DNA from: Octopus bimaculoides
Lineage: Eukaryota
Length of the DNA stretch: 64,000 bases
NCBI RefSeq assembly: GCF_001194135.2
Contig: NC_068981.1
Location: forward strand, 132,555,043-132,619,042
Reading direction: 5' to 3'
The translations under genes and the position numbers were made by a program. Below are positions 12,198-23,766 of the stretch, one piece after another. Position 1 is the first letter of the stretch. Each line of letters begins with the position of its first letter. The notes beneath the pieces are model-generated. The model worked only from the letters and a program-made list of their open reading frames with translations. It made no database searches and was not told the origin of the DNA.

Positions 12198-12510
12198 TGG
12201 CACTCTGTTGGAAATGATGATGAGGATTCAAGTTGATCTGATCAATGGAACAACCTGCTCATGAAATTGATGTGCAAGTGTCCGAGCTCTCCTCAGACAT
12301 CACTACCAATAACATACATCTCTGGGAGATTCAGCATAACACAGAATGTGACAAGGCTGACACCTTTGAATTACAGATACAGCTCATTTTTGCCGGCTGA
12401 GGAGACTGAAGCAATGTGAAATAAAGTGCCTTGCTCAAGGCCACAAACACTGCCAGGAATTGAATTCACAACCTTACGATCATGAGCCGAATATCCTATC
12501 CACTAAGTCA
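12198..12510 (-). mobile_element. Old tRNA-derived SINE (SINE-D head, SINE-C-like 3' half)
   Basis: Reverse complement of tgaaggtgcatgacttagtgg...ttgagcaaggcactttatttcacattgc. 3' half resembles 10700-10880. Confidence 0.65.
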
Positions 12511-13202
12511 TGCACCTTCAACTTCATCTCTTCCCCCCACACAGTTGGTTTTCACATAGTTTCTGTCTACCAAAGTTACAATTTATTCACAAGGCTGACA
12601 GTTGCCCAAGGTGCTGCCCAAGGGACTGAACCGGAAACCACATGGTTGTAAAACAAGCTTCTGAAAGCACACTGCCATGCCTGTCCCTTTCATTCAATTA
12701 TTTGTCTCCCTCTCCCTCTTGCCATAGAATTTTCAATTGAATCAAATAAATGCCCTCCACATGATAATTGTAAAGGAAAAGAGAATTCATGAAAGATATT
12801 TCACCAAGAAGGTATACAGAACTAGACAACTCCTATGTAATTATACTTCCAATTGAGTAACAGCCCCTTTAGATATTTAATGACCCCTTTGCTTCTGTAG
12901 CATTGTCACCAAGTTTTTGTATGTTTCTTTCTCCATTCATCCCTTTCTTTCTCATTCATTTACTGTTTTGTTTGATTTTCTTCTTGGTTTAGTGGAATGT
13001 GCATATGTGTATACATGAAGGAATATGTGCATGTATATGTATGAAAGAGTAAAAAGAGTAGCAGATACTGAAAGCAGAGTTACTTATTTACTGGAAGTTG
13101 AAAACTTTTCTGAGTTTCTTAGAGATGATCTTCAGAAAATAATGTAATGATAATTAAAACTAGGAAAAGAACACAGAATCCATATATAATCCACGTACAT
13201 AC

Positions 13203-13254
<52 letters not shown>

Positions 13255-13255
13255 T

Positions 13256-13362
13256 ACATACATATAAGAGGGATGACCACTAAGTGGACATCCATTATGC
13301 TAGAAGTAGACCACCTATGGTCTGACCACTAAGAAGAGTGGTCATCCCTCTTATATGTATGT
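13256..13362. repeat. 107-bp element with perfect 26-bp inverted ends
   Basis: acatacatataagagggatgaccact at 13256-13281 and its exact reverse complement at 13337-13362. gaccactaag occurs twice inside. Confidence 0.85.
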
Positions 13363-13778
13363 TATATAATTTTTCTGAATCTTCAGAGTTTTTCAATGTG
13401 CTAGGCCACTGGTTTTAAATTGATATTAATTAAATTAATACTCAATTTTTCACCCTTATTATTTAAATTTATATATATATTTATAACGTGAGAGAGTTAG
13501 GGGTTGGGGGTTCAACTTAGTATCTATCCAGTATACTGCTGGGAGGGTACCCAATTATTGCTACACTAGTGCTATACTAGGTGCAATCAATGGGAGCGGG
13601 TAAAAGTGGAGGTTTTACCCAAAATTTGTGTAACAATTAGAAAATGGAGGATAATATGCTGAACCCAACTACTTGCAGATGGTGTATCCCGTTGAATTCA
13701 TTAATTTAATTCATAGCAAAAGTGACAAAAAAAGGAAGAAAAGAAAAAGAAAGAAAGAACCAAAGCACAGGTATCTAT

Positions 13779-14189
13779 NNNNNNNNNNNNNNNNNNNNNN
13801 NNNNNNNNNNNNNNNNNNNNNNNNNNNNNNNNNNNNNNNNNNNNNNNNNNNNNNNNNNNNNNNNNNNNNNNNNNNNNNNNNNNNNNNNNNNNNNNNNNNN
13901 NNNNNNNNNNNNNNNNNNNNNNNNNNNNNNNNNNNNNNNNNNNNNNNNNNNNNNNNNNNNNNNNNNNNNNNNNNNNNNNNNNNNNNNNNNNNNNNNNNNN
14001 NNNNNNNNNNNNNNNNNNNNNNNNNNNNNNNNNNNNNNNNNNNNNNNNNNNNNNNNNNNNNNNNNNNNNNNNNNNNNNNNNNNNNNNNNNNNNNNNNNNN
14101 NNNNNNNNNNNNNNNNNNNNNNNNNNNNNNNNNNNNNNNNNNNNNNNNNNNNNNNNNNNNNNNNNNNNNNNNNNNNNNNNNNNNNNNNN
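13779..14189. other. Assembly gap
   Basis: N run. Confidence 1.
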
Positions 14190-14482
14190 TATATATATAT
14201 ATATATATATATATGCTTTTAGTGCGAATGGTCTTTTTATATGACGCCGAGTTTACAATCCTGTAAATAATAATAATGGTATTTTTATATAAGCTTAAAG
14301 CTTATGGTGATCACCGCGCAATGACTAAGGGAAATAGTCTAATAAAGGGGCTTATAAACCCTTGACAGAAAAAAGAAGGCTTTCCTATCCACGTGGGAGA
14401 TGAACCTAGATCCCTTTGTTAACACGACTATGCATGCATCCATGCATCCATGCATACATACATACATACCTACATACATACA

Positions 14483-14598
14483 TGTCTGATCCATGCATGC
14501 ATAGGAAAGTGGACCTTAAAACTGTAGCAGCAACATTGATGATGATGATGCTACTACAGTTTTAAGGTCCACTTTCCCATGCATGCATGGATCAGACA
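14483..14598. repeat. Near-perfect 50-bp inverted repeat (hairpin), 16-nt loop
   Basis: 14483-14532 pairs with 14549-14598, with 2 mismatches (14503/14578, 14528/14553). The right arm is the end of an RTE-type tail copy. Confidence 0.92.
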
Positions 14599-14753
14599 GA
14601 ATTCATTGAAGCAGATTTTCTGTCTCAGTGCCCATCCTGTCACCAACTAATATTTATTTTGACATCCACTTTTCTATGGAGGCAGATTTTTCTGTGGCTG
14701 AGTGCTTTTACTGTTACCAAATCTAGAAAAGGATCACTAGAATATATAGAATT

Positions 14754-14995
14754 GTGAAAGTCTTCTTTAGATGTTACATTAGGACCATTCTAAAAGTTTC
14801 TTGGTATGACCACATTACAAATGAAGATATCATGAAAAAGTGTTCTATAGGTTACCATAATTGTAAGAAGCAGGTCAAATTCATCAAGATCTGGATGAGG
14901 ACTGCGCAGGAGTTAGCAGACCTTCATCTATCTTCAGAACAGGCTCATGAGAGGGCTTGTGACAGTACTGGATGGAGATCTCTGATTGGTTGATG
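14754..14995 (+). pseudogene. Decayed RTE ORF C-terminal fragment
   Basis: RCYIRTILKVSWYDHITNEDIM resembles the RTE RCLRRILRISWxDxVTNEEV motif. ACDSTGWRSLI resembles the terminal AxDRxxWRxLV motif. Confidence 0.65.
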
Positions 14996-15360
14996 CTCCA
15001 TGGGGAGTGGGAGGAACCAAGATAAGTTGTACATTTTCACATGAATTAAATATAAAAATTTTCAACCTAAAACCATGACATTATAATCACCAGCAACCCC
15101 ACTTGTATGAGTTGAACTATGTATCTGTTGCTTAGCAGGTAAATGAATTATTGGTTACACTATAAAATACCTACTACTATTGTCTTCAAATTAAGTTTTG
15201 TAAGTCTGTTTACTGGAATTTAATCTCCATAAAGTAGTTTTTCATTATGACTTCACAGAGCAAGATAAATTATACAAGCATATACATATGTATTATGTTA
15301 CATACGTTCATGTCCAACATAGTAAGGTTGCCCCCACTGCTAGGTTTATGATGAGAAATA

Positions 15361-16240
15361 CATTAATCCCTCAATTATCGCAGGTGTTACGTTCCAAAAC
15401 TCCCTGCAATAGGTGAAAATCTGTGAAGTAGAAACAGGACTAGACTATATTTTAAAAAATTATTTATATAATTTGTATATATTTATTTTATTATTTTTAT
15501 ATATTTAAACTTTTATAAACTCTCCCCCACACTCTTAGGAGTACCCGTGTCTTCTCTTTTCCCATGGGTAAGGAACATAGTGATGGGCAGTTGCTGGTGC
15601 TGTCTTTTCTTCTGTGTAAGGAGGTTTTTATAAATTTCCATGGCTCTGTCAGTTGCATTTCTGAACTGCAATGCATGGATCATCTGGGAGTCCCAATCTT
15701 CCGCCATTCTCTGAAGTTCTTTTGGCAGCCTACGTCTGTATACCTTCTCCCTTCCTTAAGGATGTCGAGGAGTTTCGCCTTCTTTGCTATAGTAAGCATC
15801 TTCCTCTGGTGCTTGGATTCACTGCCAGAAGCCTTAGAAGGTGCAGAATGTTGGGGTGACATTGTAGGGCTTGAAATAAATTCACAATTTTATACACAAA
15901 TGCAAAACAACACCATTCACTCGCTTCCCGAATTTCGTTTTCCATACAGTATGTGTGACTCTTTGTTTACTCATCTATGGTACACTACATATTTTCCTTT
16001 GATATGTTTTAATTAATGTGTTATACAGTGCAATACTGTATTGCATTTTTATTAATTCATTTATTAATTTTTAAGCATGAAATTTTTTTATTTTATCACA
16101 GAAATAATTAAAATCTAAAAATATGTAAATACCTATTGGCACAGAAACCTGTGCAATATAAATTTACATATATTAGCCAGAAAAATCTGCAATGTACTGA
16201 GGGCACGATAGGTGAACTGCGATATGGCAAGTGATTACTG
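15361..16240 (-). mobile_element. Tigger/pogo-type internal-deletion derivative, 880 bp
   Basis: TA TSD at 15359-15360 and 16241-16242. Ends cattaatccctc.../...gtgattactg. Minus strand encodes the N-terminal CENP-B/psq-like KHQRKMLTIAKKAKLLDILKEGR fused near 15725 to the C-terminal ELQRMAEDWDSQM...KKRQHQQLPITMFL. Confidence 0.85.
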
Positions 16241-16789
16241 TAACATCATTAGCCAAATTATGAATGAACTGACTGTTAAGGTTATTAATGTAAAATGATA
16301 TTTGAGATAGAAAGGAACAGCAGGCCCACTGTTTGGTCACAAAGCATGCCCCAAAACATAACATATACTGTTTTATTTCTCTCCTATGCATGCGTGTACA
16401 CACATACATACTCGCACGCACGCACTCCAGACTAATTGCTCAGTAGTATTTCATCTGTCTTTATGTTCTGAGTTCAAATTCTGCCGAGGTTGACTTTGCC
16501 TTTCATCCTTTCAGATTCAATAAAATGAGTATCAGTTGAGTACTGGGGTTGATGTAATCGACTTACACTCTTCCTCCGAAATTGTGTGTTTCAGTTTGCT
16601 ATCACTACTGCTTGACAACAGGTGTTGGTTTGTTTATATCTCCATAACATAGTGATTCAGTTGAAGGGACTGGTAGGATAAGTACCAGAGTGAAAAAATT
16701 AAGTACTGGGATGATTTGCATGACTAAACCCATCAAGGTGGTGCCCCTACACAGCTGTTGTTCAGTGACTGAAACAGATAAAAGATATA

Positions 16790-17113
16790 TATATCCATGC
16801 TGGTGGCATGTAAAAAGCACCATCTGAACATGGCCGATGCCAGTGCCCCTTGACTGGCTCCCGTGCCGGTGGCATGTAAAAAGCACCGTCTGAACATGAT
16901 TGATACCAGGCCCATCTGACTGGCTCCTGTGCTGGTGGCATGTAAAAAGCACCCACTACACTCTCGGAGTGGTTGGCGTTAGGAAGGGCATCCAGCTGTA
17001 GAAACATTGCCAGATCAGATTGGAGCCTGGTGCAGCCGCTGGCTTTCCAGACCTCAATCAAATCGTCCAACCCATGCTGGCATGGAAAACGGACATTAAA
17101 TGACGATGATGAT
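16790..17113 (+). mobile_element. RTE 3'UTR fragment with ~65-bp tandem units
   Basis: ggtggcatgtaaaaagcacc occurs three times, then gttaggaagggcatccagctg...ggacattaaatgacgatgatg. Confidence 0.85.
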
Positions 17114-17127
17114 GTATGTATCTGTGT

Positions 17128-17410
17128 GAAGGTGCATGGTTAGGGTATTGCACTGATGATTGCGAGATCGTGGGTTTGATTTCCAGACTGGGCATTGCGT
17201 CATGTTCATGAACAAAGCACTTCATTTCACATTGCTCTGCGATTGTTTCATCATCTGACATGTGGCACCCATTGCACCTGTACAAGTAATGTTGATTTGA
17301 TGGAGCAAGTGAGCTTATGTCTATACAAGCATTTGATCACTATAAACAAATTATCTGTGTGGCTGTTTGGTAAGAAATTGTCAAACCCTCATATGTCGTC
17401 TAACGACAGG
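17128..17410 (+). mobile_element. tRNA-derived SINE (SINE-D head, different body)
   Basis: gtgaaggtgcatgg...gggtttgatttccagactgggc...aaagcacttcatttcacattgc. Confidence 0.6.
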
Positions 17411-17433
17411 AGAGCCCATCATATATATATATC

Positions 17434-17629
17434 ATCATCATCATCATCGTTTAACGTCCGCTTTCCATGCTAGCATGGGTTGGACGATTTGACTGAGGAC
17501 TGGTGAAACCGGATGGCAACACCAGGCTCCAATCTAATTTGGCAGAGTTTCTACAGCTGGATGCCCTTCCTAACGCCAACCACTCAGAGAGTGTAGTGGG
17601 TGCTTTTACGTGTCACCCGCACGAAAACG
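17434..17629 (-). mobile_element. Young RTE LINE 3' end running into a gap
   Basis: Near-identical reverse complement of 31755-31948. CpGs retained. Confidence 0.9.
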
Positions 17630-18055
17630 NNNNNNNNNNNNNNNNNNNNNNNNNNNNNNNNNNNNNNNNNNNNNNNNNNNNNNNNNNNNNNNNNNNNNNN
17701 NNNNNNNNNNNNNNNNNNNNNNNNNNNNNNNNNNNNNNNNNNNNNNNNNNNNNNNNNNNNNNNNNNNNNNNNNNNNNNNNNNNNNNNNNNNNNNNNNNNN
17801 NNNNNNNNNNNNNNNNNNNNNNNNNNNNNNNNNNNNNNNNNNNNNNNNNNNNNNNNNNNNNNNNNNNNNNNNNNNNNNNNNNNNNNNNNNNNNNNNNNNN
17901 NNNNNNNNNNNNNNNNNNNNNNNNNNNNNNNNNNNNNNNNNNNNNNNNNNNNNNNNNNNNNNNNNNNNNNNNNNNNNNNNNNNNNNNNNNNNNNNNNNNN
18001 NNNNNNNNNNNNNNNNNNNNNNNNNNNNNNNNNNNNNNNNNNNNNNNNNNNNNNN
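17630..18055. other. Assembly gap
   Basis: N run. Confidence 1.
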
Positions 18056-19583
18056 GTGTATGGAAAGTGTTAAAGCTACCAAGTTCAATATCTGTGAAAA
18101 TGCACATTGAAATAAGTATGTCACAATACAGCTACTCAAAATGGGTTTACTGTGTTACATAGCTGTATATTTATGCCTTCCATGAATAGTTTTAGTAGTA
18201 GCACAGTTAACTATTATAATTAAAAAATCATATAAATCAATCAATTCTATTAGCTTCTAACATGTTTTAAGGTTTTCGCTTGATTTTCAATTTTAACAGA
18301 CATACACATAAAAGTTAGCAGAATTAAAATGAGAAGAAAAACAAAGAAAATCTTGTAGGTATGTTATATAAATTTTGTAGGTATGTTATATAAATTTTGG
18401 GAAGTAGGGACGTAGAAAGTCTGGGCAAATATCAAGATTCTTTCGTGGTTTTTAACTTTGTTCCTTTCCACCTGTCAAATCTATTTTGAATTATGTGTGC
18501 GTGAAACATTAATTCCTATACAAACCGTACTATACACTATACAAAGAAAATAAAATGACAAACAAATGCCGAACTAGTGTGTGTGTGTGAGTGCATGTGA
18601 GTGTGGTTGAACGAGTGAGTGAATGTGTGTACTTCAGCCTGGCACGACGACAGCTGTCTGTGATGTCAGTGTGATTTGTGTAATAACTTGTAAGTTAATT
18701 GCGAACAATTCTTTCTATGGTTGCTCCATTGCCTGAGGCTCTCACATCATCTATTGAAAAATATACAACAACCAACAATGGCAGAAAAAAGACTTATTCA
18801 ATGTCTTAGTTGTTTCTTAACAACAGTTGTGAGGGTGGAAAAAAGTTGTTGTTGTTGTTAGTGTTGTTTGTGTTGGTAGTGGCAGTAATAAAGACACTTT
18901 TGATTAATCCTTTCTTTTGTTTGATTTTTGTTAATATATTTCCTGTTTATTATTTGTTGGAATGGTGCATGTAATTGCTTTAAGGTTTCAATAAACTGAT
19001 TCTAATTTTGTATCTTGGGAGGGTCATTATGCCACTAAACATACACATTGGTTTTTTTCACTTCTTTCAGTGTTATTAGTCAATTCGTTAACATTTAACC
19101 AATTAAGTAATTGACTAATTCATCAATCAATCAATCAGCTAGGTTTATCAGAGACTGTCCTCATCATTTGCAATCTCATCAACAACATGCCCTCTCTATG
19201 CCAGGCCTGCAAAACTGTCCTTTGCTTTCTGTTCACATTTACTACACTAGTTGAATAGCAGAAATGGTTGAACACAGGACTTTATTCTCTACATATTATT
19301 TTTATCTTGTTTCTCTTGTAAAGGATGAAATCCAACTGAGATTGACTTTGTCTGCCCACCGTTCCCCAAGATTTGATAGAATAAATGTCAGCCATAAGTG
19401 AATAAGTGAAGTTAACCACATCTTACCCCAACAAATTTTTGTCATTCTGTCACTTTTAAAAATTGATGATGGGAGATGAATGTGACAGACTTAGAAGAGA
19501 CAGAAAAAATATGATTAATTGTAATGATGTTATTTCTTTGAAGACTATGGTGGCCATTTGTAGTTAGGAGTTATGGTTTTGAC

Positions 19584-19827
19584 CAGTAATTCTCAACCAT
19601 TTTTGGTCTATGAACCTCTTTGATTCCCATTTTACTTTAATGGCCCCCACATAGATGTTTAAAAAAATTTTATTATATTTTTTTAATCAGATATTAGAAA
19701 TTGCATAAAAGATTGTTAAAATATTGTGTCTATTGTAGAAGTATAACCAATTTATTGCGCATAAACTTTAGCAATAAAATCTTAATTGGGCCACAAGTAT
19801 TATGTGGATCCCATTTGAGAACTAATG
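19584..19827. mobile_element. hAT-Charlie-type MITE
   Basis: Ends cagtaattctcaa / ttgagaactaatg (CAGTGGTTCTCAA-type). Decayed 8-bp TSD gttttgac / gccttgac. Confidence 0.7.
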
Positions 19828-20411
19828 GCCTTGACAAATTACAAGGAAAAAAAAAACCCACCCATATTTTATTTCCAGCTGAATTCGATGTTGTTATTAA
19901 GTGAAAACTGCAATGCCTCATTCCTGAAATAATTTCTTGCTTGTGAAAGAAATTAGTTTTTGTGTTGTTTTGACTAGACACAAAAGCTATAAATGATTCT
20001 GTTGTTGTTGCTTAGCCCCCAAGTCACTCCTGATCAAGCATTCTTAAGATCAGAGGTTTTCAATCCATGACCTTCTTTGTTTTTTGTGCATCAAATAAAC
20101 AACTTGTGTGCACCCATTTTATGCTGTCATTCAATAATTTACTTTTCGTTACAAAAAAAAAATGTCATTTACTTTAGTGCATTGAGCTAACATTACTGAA
20201 AGAATTCAACCCTAAACTTGACTGCCTCTATTGTCTCGTTTTTTTTTCTTTTTGGTTCCAATAATGTGTCACGTATAATGAATTTTTGTCATCAGACTTG
20301 CTTTTGCATTGTGTTTAAAGACCAAAAGCAGGAGCCTTCAAGAAAAGCTTTTGTTGACCTTATTCCTAGTTGAAATAAATCAATACATATAACTTCTGTC
20401 TTTTTAAGTTA

Positions 20412-20953
20412 AGTCTCTCAATCCTGTCAAATGTAATGCTTCATCATTATTATTTAACTTCTGTTTTCCATGCTGGCACGAGTTAGATGGTTTGAACAAA
20501 GCTGGTAAGCTGACCCAGCTGCAGTCATCTGTTTTTGTTTAGTTTCTACAGCTGGATGGCCTTCCTAACACCAACCATTTTACAGAGTGTACTGGGTGTC
20601 CTTTATGCGCCACTGGCACAGGTGCATTTTATGTGTCGCTAGCACAAACGCTTTTTATGTATCAGCACACTACCCTCAACTGTGATTTCACTTGCCTTGA
20701 CATGTCTTTTCAAGCACAGCAAATCACCAGACATCTCTGTCACTTGTCATTGCCTCTATGAGGCTCAACAGCTGAAGATCACATTCCACCATCTCATCTC
20801 ATGTTTTCCTGGGTCTTATTTCTTCATATTGTTTTGAATCAATCATGCATTATCTCATAGCTTTGAAATTTCGATGATGTGATTGTTAATTCTTAGAATG
20901 TCATTGTAGTTAGGTGTGAGATGTTGGATCTGGCTAGTTTAAGTGCTAAAGAG
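20412..20953. mobile_element. pB-A MITE interrupted by an RTE 3' fragment (20442-20820, minus)
   Basis: ctgtcaaatgtaatgctt on the left continues as catattgttttgaatcaatcatgc...gctaaagag|TTAA. The insert encodes the RTE C-terminus (RPRKT...). Confidence 0.7.
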
Positions 20954-21294
20954 TTAAACAAAATTGTCAAATTAGTAATTTTTCTTTTCATTTATAATAA
21001 TGGTTTCAAATTTTGGCACAAGGCCAGTAATTTCAGAAGAGTAGGTAAGTTGATTACATCGACCCCAATGCCCAACTAGTACTTAGTTTACTGACCCCAA
21101 AAAGATGAAAGGTAAAGCTGGCCTTGGAAGAATTTGAACTCAGCATGTAAAAACATATGAAATGCCATTAAGCATTTTGCAGAGCATGCTAATGATTCTG
21201 TCAGCTCATCACCCTCTCTTTATTTATAATAATAATATATGCTGTATTTCAGGAGGGTCGTTATGCTAATAATAAACACATGCACTGATCCTAA

Positions 21295-21468
21295 AAGCAC
21301 CCACTACACTCTGAGTAGTTGGTGTTAGGAAGGGCATCCAGCTGTAGAAACTCTGCCAAATCAGATTGGAGCCTGGTGTTGCAATCCGGTTTCACCAGTC
21401 CTCAGTCAAATCGTCCAACCCATGCTAGCATGGAAAGCGGACGTTAAACAATGATGATGATGATGATG
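21295..21468 (+). mobile_element. RTE 3'UTR fragment
   Basis: aaaagcacccactacactc...ggaaagcggacgttaaac(gat)n. Confidence 0.88.
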
Positions 21469-21603
21469 AATTGGTTAACTGTTTAACCAAAAGGATGAAA
21501 GGCAACGTCAACCTTGGTGAAATTTGAACTCACAACGTAAAGGCGGACAAAATGCTGCTAAGCATTTTCCTGGCATGCTGATGATTCTTCCAGCTCACTG
21601 CCT

Positions 21604-22160
21604 TAATAATAATAATAATAATAATAATGATAATAATAATAATAATAGTAATTAATTCTTTTATTGGCCACAAGGGCTAATATAAAGATACATTAAAGGA
21701 CAAGACAACATAAAAGACAACACAAGACAAGACAAAGGGTTTTCACATTTGTGTAAACATTAAATAACAAAAAAAGAGATAACAAGTAAAACTCCCAGTA
21801 GGGGGTAGCACTTTAAAGTTTACTCGTGGAAAAACCCACAAAAGCCACGGGTACCTGATCAACAGGGCAAGAGCCCTACTCCTTTTATTCTTTTTACAGG
21901 TGTATTCTCAGAATTGGTCCATTCACACTGGCCATTTTTCCAACATCCACCCACCTTTCAATAAATTTGCTAGAAGACAACACTTCCCTCTCCACTCTCA
22001 CTTTCCTTTTCAAGTGAAACTTGGAAAGGTTGATGAGGGTTTGGCCAAAGAGGAAAGTGTCTGACTTTAGCCCTTTGAAACAAGTCCACTACACTACTTC
22101 ATTTGCTACAGCCACCTGACAAATGAAAATTGCCTGCCCCTCCTGGTTAAAGGAGGCTGG
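21604..22160 (-). mobile_element. Tx1/L1-clade LINE 3' end
   Basis: 21894-22160 minus translates PASFNQEGQAIFICQVAVANEVV*WTCFKGLKSDTFLFGQTLINLSKFHLKRKVRVEREVLSSSKFIERW...IHL*, a Tx1-like ORF2 C-terminus pattern. The 3'UTR ends tagcccttgtggccaataaaagaatt(att)n. Confidence 0.72.
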
Positions 22161-22400
22161 AGGGGGCAAATTTTGGCACAAGGCCACCAATTTTTGGGGA
22201 AGGGGATGGCAGGTTGATTGCCTTGATCCTAGTACTCAACTTCTACTTATTTTTATCGATTCCAAAAGGATAAAAAAAAGGTCAAAGTCAACCTCAGCGG
22301 AATTTGAACTCAGAACCTGAAGATGGATGAAATGCTGCTAAGCATTTCGCCCAGGGTGTTAACGACTCTGCCAGCTCACCAATAATAATTTTATATTAAT

Positions 22401-22860
22401 AGGCGCAGGAGTGGCTGTGTGGTAAGTAGCTTGCTTACCAACCACATGGTTCCGGGTTCAGTCCCACTGCATGGCACCTTGGGCAACTTGGGCAAGTGTC
22501 TTCTACTATAGCCTCGGGCTGACCAAAGCCTTGTGAGTGGATTTGGTAGACGGAAACTGAAAGAAGCCCGTCNNNNNNNNNNNNNNNNNNNNNNNNNNNN
22601 NNNNNNNNNNNNNNNNNNNNTATATATATATATATATATATGTATCTGTGTTTGTGTGTCTGTGTTTGTCCCCCTAGCATTGCTTGACAACCGATACTGG
22701 TGTGTTTACGTCCTTGTAACTTATCAGTTCGGCAAAAAGAGACCGATAGAATAAGTACTAGGCTTACAAAGAATAAGTCCTGGGTCGATTTGCTCGACTA
22801 AAGGCGGTGTTCCAGCATGGCCGTAGTCAAATGACTGAAACAAGTAAAAGAGAGTAAAAG
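22401..22860 (+). mobile_element. SINE-A, near full length (tRNA head, CORE-like, internal (TA)n, ...gactgaaacaagtaaaag tail)
   Basis: A box tggctgtgtgg, B box ggttcagtccc. CORE-like ccttgggcaagtg (similar to the MIR core). Other copies at ~33455-33850(-), 54221-54483(-), 57380-57490(+), 59862-60265(-) and 63850-64000(+). Confidence 0.85.
22573..22620. other. Assembly gap (inside a SINE microsatellite)
   Basis: N run. Confidence 1.
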
Positions 22861-23766
22861 ATTAAGAGTAATAATTTCTTTATTAATATTACTGATATAT
22901 AACATTTCTAGACAATATTTAATTCAGTAATCTGGAAGGTGACAAACTCAGGCCCCTTCTTTGACTGTATATCTCAGCTTTTGCAAACTTTATTTGGTTA
23001 TTTTTACTGATGCCTGTATGGCTGCCTTCTTGTGTGTCACAAAGCATTTGCAGTGGGTTTGTTTCAGAAGAGGACTAGTGAGCCTGTTCTATAAATATCT
23101 ATGTTAAGCTATAGTGAATATTTGCATTGACATACACATATGCACACGTACATGCATGCGCGCGCACACACACAGCCCTTTACAAGCTATGATTTATTTG
23201 ATGTTTACACAAAATATTTCTCATATTTATATTTTCAACTCATAATGATATTACATCTCATTCTTTTGTTGTCAATGATTTTTATCTTTTTTATATACAT
23301 ATTTTTTACTTGTTTGTTAATACACATTCCATATTTTCTTTGCTTTTTATTTTGAAGCCCCATCTCCCTACTCCACACCACTTCACCCCTACTTCCACCT
23401 CTCAGTTATCTGCCACCCAGAAATATAATGGTCTATCTACATACATCAATTTCATACAACGTGTGTGTGTATATATATATATATGCAGACATTATATTTT
23501 ACTTCTGTTTCACTAATATTTGATACAAAGCTTCTATCACTATAATTGGTATTATACTTACTTTGAAACGTATACAAACCTAAGACGTTTCACCTCAGCT
23601 ATCTTAGATAGGTTTCAGCTACTTAATTTATACGCCACTGACAAAACTCTTGTTATCTCATCAAGTAGCATTTTAGGGAACAAGAGTGCATACAATACGA
23701 AATCTTGTTTGTAATGTTTCAAAATGTTTCATCTTTTCTACTACAACATGTTTTGAACAGAGTCAC

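Noticed and set aside
13460-14420. CpG-containing sequence flanking the 13779-14189 gap (and 4905-5038)
   Set aside because: Probably young repeats broken by gaps, but no termini, ORF or second copy in the window supports a call.
23560-23630. Hammerhead-like motif on the minus strand (ctga...acct/aggt...gaaacgt...acgtttc)
   Set aside because: The core lacks the required CUGANGA. At best it is a decayed remnant. An Infernal search with hammerhead models would settle it.
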